Shown here in pieces: positions 45,843 through 55,334 of a DNA stretch of 64,000 bases. The notes under the pieces are model-generated. The model was given only the letters and a program-made list of their open reading frames with translations, did not search any database and was not told the origin of the DNA. Both the position numbers and the translations under genes were made by a program. The DNA is taken from the IMG/VR virus record IMGVR_UViG_3300029624_000178, positions 3,608 through 67,607 of that record; one strand, written 5' to 3'. Each line of letters begins with the position of its first letter. Position 1 is the stretch's first letter. Source of the DNA: a virus.

Positions 45843-48128
45843 TCATTCCACGCCCTCCGGATAGACCCACACTTGCGCGTTCTCGACCGGCAGCGCCGCA
45901 CCGCTCTGCGGACATTTGTAGGTGCTGGGCAGCACCGGGATCCGAGCGGGGCTGATCTCGCCGGTGACCGGGTCCACCGTCTCTTCCCCGGTCGGGAAGG
46001 TCATTCCTTCGACGCAGAGATAGCCGAACTTCGAACGCGAGGTCGGCAGGCCGAACGGAGCACCATCGCGGACGAACTTGATGAAGCCCTTGGTGGCCAG
46101 CACGCTGATCCGCTCGCGGATCGTGTCCTTGCCGCCGAGCCCCGCCTGGTTCTCGAAGCTCTCGGCGAACTGCAGGGCCGTGTAGAGCCTGCCGGATTCG
46201 GCCTCATCGAAGAGTAGCTGTAGGATGACGTCGTGCTTGCGCACGCGCTCGGCATCGAGCTTCTCGCCGAATTCGCGCCGCACGATCCGCTCCCCGGAAC
46301 GGTCGATTTCGACCCAATGTCCGTCGGCCTTATCGACGATCATCGGCTCGATGCCGGGACCGTTGCGAAGCTCGAAATGCAGCATCCGCTCGGGCCGGTC
46401 CTCGTCGGGTCGATGCATGATGACGCCGGATGTGTAGAAGCTGCGGAGCGATCCGGCGCCCGAGAGCGCCATGAACGGGTCCTCCACGAGTTGCTTCTTC
46501 GTGATCTTGCGCGTGTGGTGGCAGAGGATCAGACCGGCATCGGGAGCTAGGGCGTCCCGCAGGGCCTCGACCCGTTCCTGCAGGAAGAAGAGCATCGCGG
46601 TGTTGTCGTTCTCGCCACCGCCGTCCGGACCGCCATCAAAGAGGTTGCGGATCGGATCGATGCAGAGGATGTCGGGCGCGACATGGCCGTAGTGGGCGCG
46701 AACGGCCGCGATCGTCAGAGCCACGCCACCGGCGTCGAGCAGCATGCGGACCTTCGGCGTGGCGACGAGATTGTCGCGCGCCCCGGCCAGGAGCGCCGGC
46801 TCGATCCGGATGGCCTGAAGACGCTCCCGCAGATAGTGGTACTGGATCTCCGCCTGCAGATAGAAAATCCGCAACGGCCGGCACGGCGCGAAGCCGAGAA
46901 AGGGTGCGCCCGCCGCCATGTGGACGAGTAGACTGATCAGGAAGTCGCTCTTGCCGACCTTGGGCGCGCCGCCGAGCACCAGCATCCCACCGGGCGTCAG
47001 CAATCGCGGCGCGATGATGTCGTCGGGCATCGGGCTTACGTCGTCGAGCAGTGCGCCGAGCGTGAAGACCGGCAGAGCGGACATCGGCGGCACGTCGACC
47101 CTTTCGAGGGCCGGTCCGTGGCGCTCTTCGTGCAGTCGCCAGAGGCGCTGGGCTTCCGAGGCGAGGCGCTCGAGCGGCCAGCTGGGACGGAGCTGGGCGG
47201 CGTTGTACTGACAGATCGCCTCCCATGCGTCGTCGCGGCTCATGCGGCCCTCATGGGCCATGCGGACGTAGTGGCCGATCGCGGCGCTCGCCCCCTGGAA
47301 GCGGGTCCAATCGTCCGATCCGCCTTCGCGGACCGGCGTCGTCAGGACATCGGTGATCGACGGTTTGTCGGTCGCGGCTCCTGGCTCGGATCCAACGCCA
47401 GCAAGTGGCGGCATGTCGGCGACGAGCTCGGCGAAGTCGCGCAGATGGACCTCGACCCGCGGGCTATGGCGGCGGATGTTGACCAGCCGCTTGAAGCCGC
47501 CCTTGTGATAGACCGAGCCGGCCAGACGGATGGGCTGGTGGGCCGATCGGAAATGGGTATCGCCACCGACCTTGACCGCGATGTCGCCGCGCAACCGACA
47601 GAGAAGCGCGATGTCCTCGCCCTCGGCCGGCTCGCTCAAGCGCCACCAGACATGCAGCTTGTCGAGACCGTCCGGCGTCCGCCCCCCGCTTTCCACGAGC
47701 AGTGTCGGCTCGCCGAGATGGCGAATGAGGTGGTCGAGCTTGGCGGCGATGTCGCCCGCGTCGAGGTCGACCAGAACCGTCTGCATCTGCCCGACATCGG
47801 CGGCCTTGGCCTTGCCGGTCTCGGCGACCGTCCCCGGCACCACATAGAAGGCCGCGCCCTCACGTGCCGCCCAACCGGCGAATGCGACCGCTTTCTCCAG
47901 CAGACTGTCGTCGATTTCGATCCAGGCGTTATGGGGGCGTCCGTCGATGCCCTGGCCCTTGTCGACGAACCCCCGCAACGGAACCCAGCCCTCGCAATAG
48001 CCGAAGACGACGTCGAGAAAGACGGCGATCTGCTCGAAATCCGGCTCGACTTCGAAAGGATCCGCTTGCGGCGCGGCGTCGTTGAAGTCGCGCCAGGCAT
48101 CGAGGGAGATGACCTTGTTCCCGCTCAT
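45843..48128 (-). CDS. Primase-helicase (RepB/AEP-like primase + RecA-like AAA_25 helicase)
   Basis: LVDLD, ESGG..KLHVWW, RLAGS in the N-terminus; GAPKVGKS, IDP, HHTRK, GAGSL in the C-terminus. Confidence 0.88.
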   Translation of the reverse strand: MSGNKVISLDAWRDFNDAAPQADPFEVEPDFEQIAVFLDVVFGYCEGWVPLRGFVDKGQGIDGRPHNAWIEIDDSLLEKAVAFAGWAAREGAAFYVVPGTVAETGKAKAADVGQMQTVLVDLDAGDIAAKLDHLIRHLGEPTLLVESGGRTPDGLDKLHVWWRLSEPAEGEDIALLCRLRGDIAVKVGGDTHFRSAHQPIRLAGSVYHKGGFKRLVNIRRHSPRVEVHLRDFAELVADMPPLAGVGSEPGAATDKPSITDVLTTPVREGGSDDWTRFQGASAAIGHYVRMAHEGRMSRDDAWEAICQYNAAQLRPSWPLERLASEAQRLWRLHEERHGPALERVDVPPMSALPVFTLGALLDDVSPMPDDIIAPRLLTPGGMLVLGGAPKVGKSDFLISLLVHMAAGAPFLGFAPCRPLRIFYLQAEIQYHYLRERLQAIRIEPALLAGARDNLVATPKVRMLLDAGGVALTIAAVRAHYGHVAPDILCIDPIRNLFDGGPDGGGENDNTAMLFFLQERVEALRDALAPDAGLILCHHTRKITKKQLVEDPFMALSGAGSLRSFYTSGVIMHRPDEDRPERMLHFELRNGPGIEPMIVDKADGHWVEIDRSGERIVRREFGEKLDAERVRKHDVILQLLFDEAESGRLYTALQFAESFENQAGLGGKDTIRERISVLATKGFIKFVRDGAPFGLPTSRSKFGYLCVEGMTFPTGEETVDPVTGEISPARIPVLPSTYKCPQSGAALPVENAQVWVYPEGVE

Positions 48129-48892
48129 GCCGGCAGTCCCCAGCAGCGTTCCGCCCACGGGCACATGCGGCACTCGTAGAAATCACGCGTCGTGGCGATG
48201 CGCGGCAACAAGTCCCCTGCATCCGTCGCCTGAAGGATCCGCACGGCGCGGTCGCTCATGCGTTGGGCAAGGCTCGTGTCGAACGGCACGAGCTCATGGT
48301 GGAGTTCGGCGGTGTCCTTGTTGATCGCCGTGAAGAGCGCCGGGTTCTCGGCGATGCCGGGGACCTGCGCTTCCATGTAGGCCTGGTAGAGGGCGATCTG
48401 CGCCGCATAGACGGGCTTCGCTAGCCCCACGCCCTTGGTCACAGTCTCGCGCCAGTTCTTGGCGTTCATCGTCTTGCATTCCCAGAGCGCGGGAACGCCG
48501 ATGCCAAGCGGCTGGGGTCCAGCGGCGATGATCCCGTCGACATGACCGCGGATACGCCCGCCAGCGACCGAGAAGCCGAATTGCTCCCCGTCCGGACGGT
48601 TGCCCTTGCGGGTGTAGAGATCGAACCCGGCAACCCGGAGCCAGCGGATGGCAACATCTTCGAGCGCGTGCCCGATCTCGAAGATCCGCAGCGTCTGGCC
48701 GGAGAACTCCTGGCCTTCATCCTTCGGCGCGCCCGCGAACTCGAACTGGAGGGCGCGTTCGCAGGCGTGTCCGAGCCGGGAGCCGCCGAGATAGGTTCTC
48801 GGCGGGATCGCCGCGCGTTCAGCGACGGTCGCCGCGTCGATGACCACGTTGATCCGTTCGGCGCAGGTGGGGCGGTGGTTGTAGTCGAGCAT
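48125..48892 (-). CDS. PD-(D/E)XK exonuclease (Cas4-like, phage type)
   Basis: YLGGSRLG..CER, GHVDG, WECKT, QIALY, C-terminal C..C....C. Confidence 0.85.
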   Translation of the reverse strand: MLDYNHRPTCAERINVVIDAATVAERAAIPPRTYLGGSRLGHACERALQFEFAGAPKDEGQEFSGQTLRIFEIGHALEDVAIRWLRVAGFDLYTRKGNRPDGEQFGFSVAGGRIRGHVDGIIAAGPQPLGIGVPALWECKTMNAKNWRETVTKGVGLAKPVYAAQIALYQAYMEAQVPGIAENPALFTAINKDTAELHHELVPFDTSLAQRMSDRAVRILQATDAGDLLPRIATTRDFYECRMCPWAERCWGLPA

Positions 48893-49302
48893 CAGAACGG
48901 CTCTTCCGCTTGCGTCTTTGCTGCCATGGCATGCATGGCGTCCTGAAAGCCGCCGACGGCCACCTCGATCAGCGTCAGCACCTGCGCTTCCGAGAGGTCG
49001 GAGAAGCGCGCCTGCCAGCCGATTTCCTCCATGATCTCGGCAACCGGCTTCATGGCGGCGCGGATCGCCGCCTTCTCCTGTTCGGTGAGATCAACCATGG
49101 CCCAGCGCTCCCGCGCCAAGCGCGTCCAGAAGCCTTGGCAGACCATCGAGCAGAACCAGACCGAGGGGCGCGGCTGTTTCGACCGCACCGGGTCGAACCA
49201 GCCAAAGCCACGGGTGGGTCGCCGACACACGGCACAGAGCAACCCACGCGGATGCCAGAGCCGTCGCCGGTCCTCGGCCGCCATAGTGGCGAGAGCGGCC
49301 AT
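48892..49302 (-). CDS. DUF6511-like Zn-finger protein
   Basis: CAVC..GFGW..FCS..CQ; MVDLTEQE..MEEIGW. Confidence 0.75.
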   Translation of the reverse strand: MAALATMAAEDRRRLWHPRGLLCAVCRRPTRGFGWFDPVRSKQPRPSVWFCSMVCQGFWTRLARERWAMVDLTEQEKAAIRAAMKPVAEIMEEIGWQARFSDLSEAQVLTLIEVAVGGFQDAMHAMAAKTQAEEPF

Positions 49303-49305
49303 GGG

Positions 49306-51009
49306 TCATGCCGCCCTCCCAATGGCCGCCTCGGACGCGGTCTCGGCCGCTCCGAAGACGAGGGAGCGGATGGCATCGCGGTTGAAGCGGAAGGCCAGCA
49401 GCGCCGAGGCCTGGTAGCGGGTAAGCCCGAAATCCTGCCGATACTCCGGCGGCAGGAAAGCGAGCTGCCGATCGGTCGGCGGCTGGTTCAGCCAGCGGCG
49501 CGTCTTGTGCGCGCTTTCGTCGCTCTCATGCTCATTGAGCCAGTCATCAGCCGCCGCCAGGCAGACAGTGCGCTCGCCCACTGCCAGCAGACGCGGCCGC
49601 TGCTTCTGCAGCCCGCCGACGCCGTACCAGCGGCCATTCAGGAAGAAGACGCCGCCCCAGGCGTTGAAGCCGTTGGCGATGAGTGCGGCATCGTCGCCGA
49701 AGAGATCGCACCAGCGGAAACTCGACCGCTTCAGGAGATCGATCTCCGACATCACGAAGTCGCCGAGCGGCGTGATCTCGCCCGCATCCTCGCGCTCCCA
49801 GAGATGACCGCACAGCGGGCATTCGACGATGGCGAGCGGCACCACGGCGCCGCAATCGGGGCAATCCTTGGTCGGCGCCTCGCCGGAGGGCTCGCGTCCG
49901 CTCAGATCGACGTCCTGTTCCAGCGACCCGTGCAAAAGGGTCGAGGTGCCGAAATCGAGCACGACGCAGTCGGTCTTGACGACGCCCGGGTGCTCCTCGG
50001 GCGAGACCGTGCGCAGGCCCCGGCCGACCATCTGGATCATGGTCGACTTGTAGGAGCTCGGCCGCAGCAGCACGACGCAGCTCGTCGGCGGGTGATCCCA
50101 CCCCTCGGTCAGGATGGCGACATTGACGACGACCCGCAGCTCTCCAGTGGCGTAGGCGTCGAGGGTCGCCTTGCGTTCCCTATCGGGCATGTCGCCATGG
50201 ATCAGCCCCGCTCGGACGCCTGCCGCGTTGAAGGCGGCGGTCACGTTGCACGCGTGGTCGACGGTCGAGCAGAAGACCACTGTCTGGCGCTCGCCCGCCT
50301 TCTCTTGCCAGTGGCGGATGACCGCATCTGTGACCGGCGAGCGGTTCATGATCGCGTCGACCTCGGCCATGTCGAAGTCGTCGGCCGTGCGGCGCACCTT
50401 CGTGAGCTGGTCCTGGACGCCGACATCGACCACGAAGGTGCGCGGCGGCACGAGATGGCCGGAGGCGATGAGCTCCCCGATCCGGATCTGATCGGCGACG
50501 TTCGAGAACACCGGGCGCAGACCGCGCTTGTCGCCCCGGTTGGGCGTCGCCGTGACGCCGTAGATCCGGCACGCGGGATTGCGCTGCAGCGCGGTGTCGA
50601 TGATGCGGCGATAGCTGTCGGCCGCCGCGTGGTGCGCCTCGTCGATCACCAGGAGGTCGAGCGCGGGCAGTTGGTCGAGATTGGCCGCCCGCGCCAGCGT
50701 CGGCACCATGGCGAAGGTGACCTGTCCCGCCCACGACTTCTCCTTCGCATCGACGACCGAGGTCGTGATACTCGGGTTCACCCGACCGAACTTGCTGCGG
50801 TTCTGGCTGGTCAGCTCGTCGCGGTGGGCGAGCACGGCAACCTTGGCGTTCGTGCTCTTCGGCGTCTCGCCGACCATGCGCCCGACGACGCCCGAGAGCA
50901 TGATCGTCTTGCCCGCTCCGGTCGGAGCGACACCGAGAGTGTTTCCGTGGTCGCCGAGCGCTCGGACGCTGCGCTCGACGAACTGTTTCTGGCGGGGCCG
51001 CAACAGCAT
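49306..51009 (-). CDS. DEAD/DEAH-box (SF2) helicase with C-terminal Zn finger
   Basis: APTGAGKT, DEAHH, TATP, LTEGWD, QMVGRGLR, CPDC..CPLC. Confidence 0.93.
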   Translation of the reverse strand: MLLRPRQKQFVERSVRALGDHGNTLGVAPTGAGKTIMLSGVVGRMVGETPKSTNAKVAVLAHRDELTSQNRSKFGRVNPSITTSVVDAKEKSWAGQVTFAMVPTLARAANLDQLPALDLLVIDEAHHAAADSYRRIIDTALQRNPACRIYGVTATPNRGDKRGLRPVFSNVADQIRIGELIASGHLVPPRTFVVDVGVQDQLTKVRRTADDFDMAEVDAIMNRSPVTDAVIRHWQEKAGERQTVVFCSTVDHACNVTAAFNAAGVRAGLIHGDMPDRERKATLDAYATGELRVVVNVAILTEGWDHPPTSCVVLLRPSSYKSTMIQMVGRGLRTVSPEEHPGVVKTDCVVLDFGTSTLLHGSLEQDVDLSGREPSGEAPTKDCPDCGAVVPLAIVECPLCGHLWEREDAGEITPLGDFVMSEIDLLKRSSFRWCDLFGDDAALIANGFNAWGGVFFLNGRWYGVGGLQKQRPRLLAVGERTVCLAAADDWLNEHESDESAHKTRRWLNQPPTDRQLAFLPPEYRQDFGLTRYQASALLAFRFNRDAIRSLVFGAAETASEAAIGRAA

Positions 51010-51016
51010 GACGGCC

Positions 51017-51613
51017 TCACTGCGCCCAGGACGGCCGCGCACCCGGCGCCGGCGTGGAAGGCTGGGGCATCGAGGGCTGCGACGGCTGAGCCTGCGCTGA
51101 CGGTGCCACGCCAGCCACGCCCATGATGGCAACGTATTCCTTGTGATCCGGCGTCACCGCCGCGCGGATCTCATTCTTCTCCTCGCCGTTGGCGTCCGTG
51201 CCGACATCGATCCGCGCCACGAATTCGATGCCGTCCAGATCGGCGAACCCGCCGATCCGGCGAGCCGCCTGTGCCTGGGCCGAATTGTCCTTGTCGGAAA
51301 TCCCTCGGGCCGAGTTGAGCATGCCGCGAATGAAGCTGCGGCCCATGTTGGCCCAGTCCGGCCCCTTCGGGCTGTAGAGCCCGATCAGGGTGAAGATCTT
51401 CCGCCGGGCGTAGGGCCCTTCGAGCACCGTGAACTCGCCAGAGAGGTAGACCGAACCGGTCGTCCCGCGCGTGGCGTAGCCGCCGGTCCATCCCTGGTCC
51501 GGGTCGTCAAATCCGCCTGGGCGGATCGTCAGGCGCACCTTGGCGAGCGTTCCCTTCGGGATGAGGTTGGCGTTCTGCTTGGCGTCGTTGAAGTCGTTCC
51601 AGGATCCAGTCAT
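51017..51613 (-). CDS. Single-stranded DNA-binding-like protein
   Basis: LIPKGT..YL..EFTVLEGPYARRKIF, Pro-rich tail ending RPSWAQ; follows the Sak4-like ATPase. Confidence 0.7.
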   Translation of the reverse strand: MTGSWNDFNDAKQNANLIPKGTLAKVRLTIRPGGFDDPDQGWTGGYATRGTTGSVYLSGEFTVLEGPYARRKIFTLIGLYSPKGPDWANMGRSFIRGMLNSARGISDKDNSAQAQAARRIGGFADLDGIEFVARIDVGTDANGEEKNEIRAAVTPDHKEYVAIMGVAGVAPSAQAQPSQPSMPQPSTPAPGARPSWAQ

Positions 51614-51630
51614 GGCTGGGGTCTCCTCGT

Positions 51631-52518
51631 TCAGGCGTTTTCGGAATGGGTGGGGGCGTCGGCAGCCGGGGCCGTCGCGGTCCGGGGCGGAGTGCGATAG
51701 TCGAGCCGCTCGGAGGCGGGCTTCACGGGTCCGCGGATCTTCTCCATCAGACGGCCGAGATGCGGCTCCTCGATCGGATCGAGGCGGCCGGAGCGGTCTT
51801 TCGCCGGAAAGTTCCACGGGTTGATCGTCTGGCAGACGAAGGCCCGGTACGGCGTGCCGGACTCGTCCTTGATCTCGGCCATCGTCAGGACTTCATCGAC
51901 GATGCCGGGGAGCTCGAGGCCGGTCTTCGAGCCATCGATCTGTGGAAGGAAGATGCGCCGATTGAAGTCGTCGAGCTTCTCGTCGAGGATTCCGACGAAC
52001 CAGACGTTCTTCGCCCGCGTGTGCTGCAGGTGCGTGAGCCACGCGATCATCTCGCGGCCGTGCAGGCCGTAGGCGCCGCGGACATCGGGCTTACCGGTCT
52101 TCTCGGAGAACGCCTCGGGCTGCCCCTTGCACCACTGGAAGCAGAGCCGCCCAGCGACGGTGATCGAGTCGATGAAGATCGTGTCAAAGCGGTCGAGCGA
52201 AGCCGGATCGCCGAAGCGCTCTCGCACGGCGGCAAAGTGGGCCTCGCTGTAGACCTGGTCGTCCCGCAGCGCCGGATTGAGGCCACCGATGAAGACCGCG
52301 AAGTCTCGGCATTCGGCCCATGTGCGCGGCCGGACGCTGTCGCCGGACCAGCCCTCGATGGCGAGGTCGCCCGCCTCCAGATCGATGAAGAGCGTGGTGT
52401 CGGGATTGAGCGTCCAGAGAAGGCTGGTCTTGCCGATCCCGGACTTGCCGAAGATCGTTCCCTTGACGCCGCGTGGCTCGGCGAGACGCTGATCGGCGGA
52501 GATGATCGGGAGGGCCAT
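51631..52518 (-). CDS. AAA_24 / Sak4-like ATPase (ssDNA annealing)
   Basis: GKSGIGKT, IDLEAG, FIDSIT, AKDRSGRL..EEPHLG. Confidence 0.85.
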   Translation of the reverse strand: MALPIISADQRLAEPRGVKGTIFGKSGIGKTSLLWTLNPDTTLFIDLEAGDLAIEGWSGDSVRPRTWAECRDFAVFIGGLNPALRDDQVYSEAHFAAVRERFGDPASLDRFDTIFIDSITVAGRLCFQWCKGQPEAFSEKTGKPDVRGAYGLHGREMIAWLTHLQHTRAKNVWFVGILDEKLDDFNRRIFLPQIDGSKTGLELPGIVDEVLTMAEIKDESGTPYRAFVCQTINPWNFPAKDRSGRLDPIEEPHLGRLMEKIRGPVKPASERLDYRTPPRTATAPAADAPTHSENA

Positions 52519-52814
52519 CACTTCCCTCCCTTCGCCACGGTCAGAGCGTCGATCGCGATGTCCGCGCCGAGCGCGCCGGCCTTGCGGGCTTCGTCGTGAA
52601 GGGTGCGCACCGCGTCGATCTCGCGGTAGAGCGCCGACGCCCGCTCGTTCAGTCCGATGAGGGCGAATGCCAGGTCGTCGATCGACGCCGTCCCGACCGG
52701 CTTGACGGTCTCGTCGCGACGGTCGGCAATGGCCGGCACCCGGATGGTCTCGGGCAGCTTTTCCAGCCCGTAATGCTGCTCGCGGAGCACCGCGAGTTTC
52801 TTCGTGATGCTCAT
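52518..52814 (-). CDS. Hypothetical phage protein
   Basis: Translationally coupled within the early operon. Confidence 0.75.
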   Translation of the reverse strand: MSITKKLAVLREQHYGLEKLPETIRVPAIADRRDETVKPVGTASIDDLAFALIGLNERASALYREIDAVRTLHDEARKAGALGADIAIDALTVAKGGK

Positions 52815-53299
52815 GGCGTCACCTCGGTGTTCAGGGAAAGACGGAAGCTGGGCTTGCCGGTGCGGACGGTGCGCGCGTCATCGAAGGCAGAGCGGATGTG
52901 GCTCGGCCAGGCTGCGAACTTGCGCTCGGGCACCTTGATTGCGACGTCGACGTATTCGGCGGGGTCGTCGCCCTCGGCCCGGATGCGCTCGACGAGCGCA
53001 CCGAGCTTCTCCTGATCCCAGTCGACGCGCTTCGGCAGCTCGGCGATCACGGTGACCACGCCGTCGTCGAAGCGGACCGTACCGGTGTCCTTGCCGGCGG
53101 CCTGGCGTGCTGCGTGGGCGCGGTCGGCGTACTTGAGGGCGACGGCGCCAGCGAGCCAGTCACAGGCCGTCTTGGCGCGGCGCATGGCTTCGTCGGCCTC
53201 GTCCTGCAGGAGGGTGAGCTGTTCGGCCGGCAGAGCGGCGATGTCGCCGACAGCCATGAGCCGGAGCTCATCGAGGGAGATGCGGTTGGAGATCGTCAT
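52811..53299 (-). CDS. Hypothetical phage protein
   Basis: GKDTGTVRF..LPKRVDWDQ..ERKF.AWP..ARTV; RBS GAGGGG. Confidence 0.8.
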   Translation of the reverse strand: MTISNRISLDELRLMAVGDIAALPAEQLTLLQDEADEAMRRAKTACDWLAGAVALKYADRAHAARQAAGKDTGTVRFDDGVVTVIAELPKRVDWDQEKLGALVERIRAEGDDPAEYVDVAIKVPERKFAAWPSHIRSAFDDARTVRTGKPSFRLSLNTEVTP

Positions 53300-53309
53300 C
53301 ACCGCCCCC

Positions 53310-53519
53310 TCACGCTGCAGGCTTGCTGGGGTGGTCGGCAGTGCTCGCGCGGATCTGCTCGCGCTCGTACTCCTCGACGTCTTCGAGGCGGTACACGACC
53401 CGGCCCCCGATCTTGATGTAGCGGGGGCCTTCCCCCGACCACCGCCACCGCTCAAGGGTGCGGTGGCTGATGTTCCAGCGAGCGGCTAGCTCGATCTGGT
53501 TCAAATGTCTGACCGTCAT
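53310..53519 (-). CDS. AlpA/excisionase-like HTH protein
   Basis: HLNQ.ELAARW.ISHRTLERWR..GEGP.Y.KIGGRVVY; AAGGAG RBS; first gene of the replication operon. Confidence 0.88.
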   Translation of the reverse strand: MTVRHLNQIELAARWNISHRTLERWRWSGEGPRYIKIGGRVVYRLEDVEEYEREQIRASTADHPSKPAA

Positions 53520-53574
53520 CTGTGTCTCCTTCGGTCTTGGTCGAAAACCTGCGGAGAGGATGGCGGTGCAGTGG

Positions 53575-53613
53575 GGAGGGCCTCGGGAGGCAGAAGGGAG
53601 GGGATAAAGGAGG
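53575..53613. promoter_or_regulatory. Helically phased GGAGG/CCTCC direct repeats upstream of the xis-replication operon
   Basis: GGAGG at 53575, 53586, 53597, 53609 (spacing 11, 11, 12). Confidence 0.5.
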
Positions 53614-53622
53614 AATTGATTT

Positions 53623-53651
53623 TGTCAGAAAAAACGACTATATTTCTGACA
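53623..53651. promoter_or_regulatory. Inverted repeat, candidate AbiEi operator
   Basis: TGTCAGAAA-N11-TTTCTGACA immediately upstream of the antitoxin gene. Confidence 0.65.
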
Positions 53652-53664
53652 CACAGAGAAGCAT

Positions 53665-54297
53665 ATGGCGGCTCAAATGACTGGTATTGCTGATAAAATC
53701 ATGAAACACGTTCGCGCTAAGGGTCGAGGAAAATGGGTATGCACACCCAAGGATTTCCTCGACCTCGGCAGCCGTGCAGCCGTTGACCAGGCGCTGTCCC
53801 GCCTGGCGAAGAGCGGCGATCTGCGCCGTGTCGGGCGCGGCCTCTACGATCTTCCGCGCATGAGCGGTGTCCTGCACCGCCCGGCGCCGGTCGATATGGA
53901 TTCGGCGGTGGCGGCACTGGCGCGCCGTGACAGCGTTCGCATCATGCCCGACGGCATCGCTGCGGCGAACCAGCTTGGTTTGACCAATGCCGTGCCCGCG
54001 AAGGCCAGCTATGTGACCGACGGGGCGACGCGGAACGTCAAGATCGGCAATCGGACCGTGCGCCTTCGCCATGCCGGTCCGAGCGTGATGGCATGGGCGG
54101 GGAAATCCTCTGCACCCGTGGCGCAGGCCCTGCGCTGGCTCGGACCGCAAGCGTCCTCGGATACGAGGGTTGCGGCGACACTGAAGAATAAGCTGCCGGA
54201 CGCGGTGAAGAAGGACCTTGTCCGGAATAGCGCTGGCCTGCCGAGCTGGGCGGCTCCCGTCGTGCGCAGTCTTGCCGATTCTCAGATCACGGCATGA
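53665..54297 (+). CDS. abiEi: AbiEi-like antitoxin (DUF6088)
   Basis: DFLDLGSRAAVDQALSRL..RRVGRGLYD.P, AANQLGLT.AVP..Y.TDG; coupled to the toxin gene. Confidence 0.88.
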   Translation: MAAQMTGIADKIMKHVRAKGRGKWVCTPKDFLDLGSRAAVDQALSRLAKSGDLRRVGRGLYDLPRMSGVLHRPAPVDMDSAVAALARRDSVRIMPDGIAAANQLGLTNAVPAKASYVTDGATRNVKIGNRTVRLRHAGPSVMAWAGKSSAPVAQALRWLGPQASSDTRVAATLKNKLPDAVKKDLVRNSAGLPSWAAPVVRSLADSQITA

Positions 54298-55334
54298 CGA
54301 GCGAGAGCTTCGAGCGCTTTCTTGCGCTACGCGATCAGGATCGGAAGGATGTATTCGAGGCGACGGCCGACCGCTTCGACACGCTGCCGAGCTATGTCGA
54401 GAAGGACTTCTGGGTCTGCCTCGTCCTCGATGCCCTTTACAACCGTTTGCCGGAGGGCCATCCGCGCCTCCTGTTCAAGGGCGGCACGGCGCTTTCCAAG
54501 GCGTTCGGGTTGATTCGACGCTTCTCCGAAGACATCGACCTCGTGGTCTATCGAGAGGGGCTTGGTTTCGGCGCCGATCGCGACCCCACCAGCCCCGAAG
54601 GCCTCTCGAACAAGCAACGCAAGGCGCTCTTCGACGAATTGAGCGCCGCATGCGGAGCCTACATCGGCGGCGACCTCGCCAAGGCCTTGGGGCCGCTGCT
54701 GGACGAACGGTGTCGGATCCTCCCGGACAAGGAAAGCGGCGACCAGCAAACGCTGCTGATCGAGTATCCCACCCTCTACCCGAGCGCCGACATCGCCTAT
54801 GTTCTGCCGCGCGTGAAACTCGAAGCCGGGGCGCGTTCCGCGCTGGATCCCAACACGACGGGCAGCGTTCGCCCGTACATCTCCGAGGAGCTGGGCGACG
54901 ATTGGCCATTCGATGTCGGCAACCTTCACGTCATCGAACCTTCACGCACCTACCTCGAAAAGCTCCTGATCCTGCACGGCGCACACTGCGGCTATCGGGA
55001 CGCGGAACGGCTGCCGGCGGATGCAGACCGGATCTCCCGGCACTACTACGACGTCGCGATGATCACAGCGACCGAGGTTGGTGCATCCGCCCTCGCCGAC
55101 GAGGCGCTTCTCACTGCGGTGCGCGAACACAACCTGATCGCCTTCAGGCAGGCGTGGAAGAAGTTCGACGAAGCGGTACCGGGTTCGGTCCGCGTCGTCC
55201 CGCAGGACGCCCTGCGCGCCGCGATCGAGAAGGACTACGAGGCCATGCAGGGCATGATGCTCGGCGAGGCCCCGGAATTCGATTGGGTGATGAGGCAACT
55301 CCAGATCGCCGAGGACACGATCAATCGGCGTTAG
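54294..55334 (+). CDS. abiEii: AbiEii-family nucleotidyltransferase toxin
   Basis: VEKDFWV, FKGGTALSKAFGLIRRFSEDIDL, RTYLEK, SRHYYD. Confidence 0.93.
   Translation: MTSESFERFLALRDQDRKDVFEATADRFDTLPSYVEKDFWVCLVLDALYNRLPEGHPRLLFKGGTALSKAFGLIRRFSEDIDLVVYREGLGFGADRDPTSPEGLSNKQRKALFDELSAACGAYIGGDLAKALGPLLDERCRILPDKESGDQQTLLIEYPTLYPSADIAYVLPRVKLEAGARSALDPNTTGSVRPYISEELGDDWPFDVGNLHVIEPSRTYLEKLLILHGAHCGYRDAERLPADADRISRHYYDVAMITATEVGASALADEALLTAVREHNLIAFRQAWKKFDEAVPGSVRVVPQDALRAAIEKDYEAMQGMMLGEAPEFDWVMRQLQIAEDTINRR

Noticed and set aside
44893-45915. 340-aa version of the RuvC-like ORF
   Set aside because: The upstream extension crosses the repeat-rich origin-like region; ATG at 45426 has an AAGGA RBS.
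48125-48892. Cas4-like nuclease as sign of CRISPR-Cas
   Set aside because: No repeat-spacer array or other cas genes seen; it sits in a phage recombination operon.
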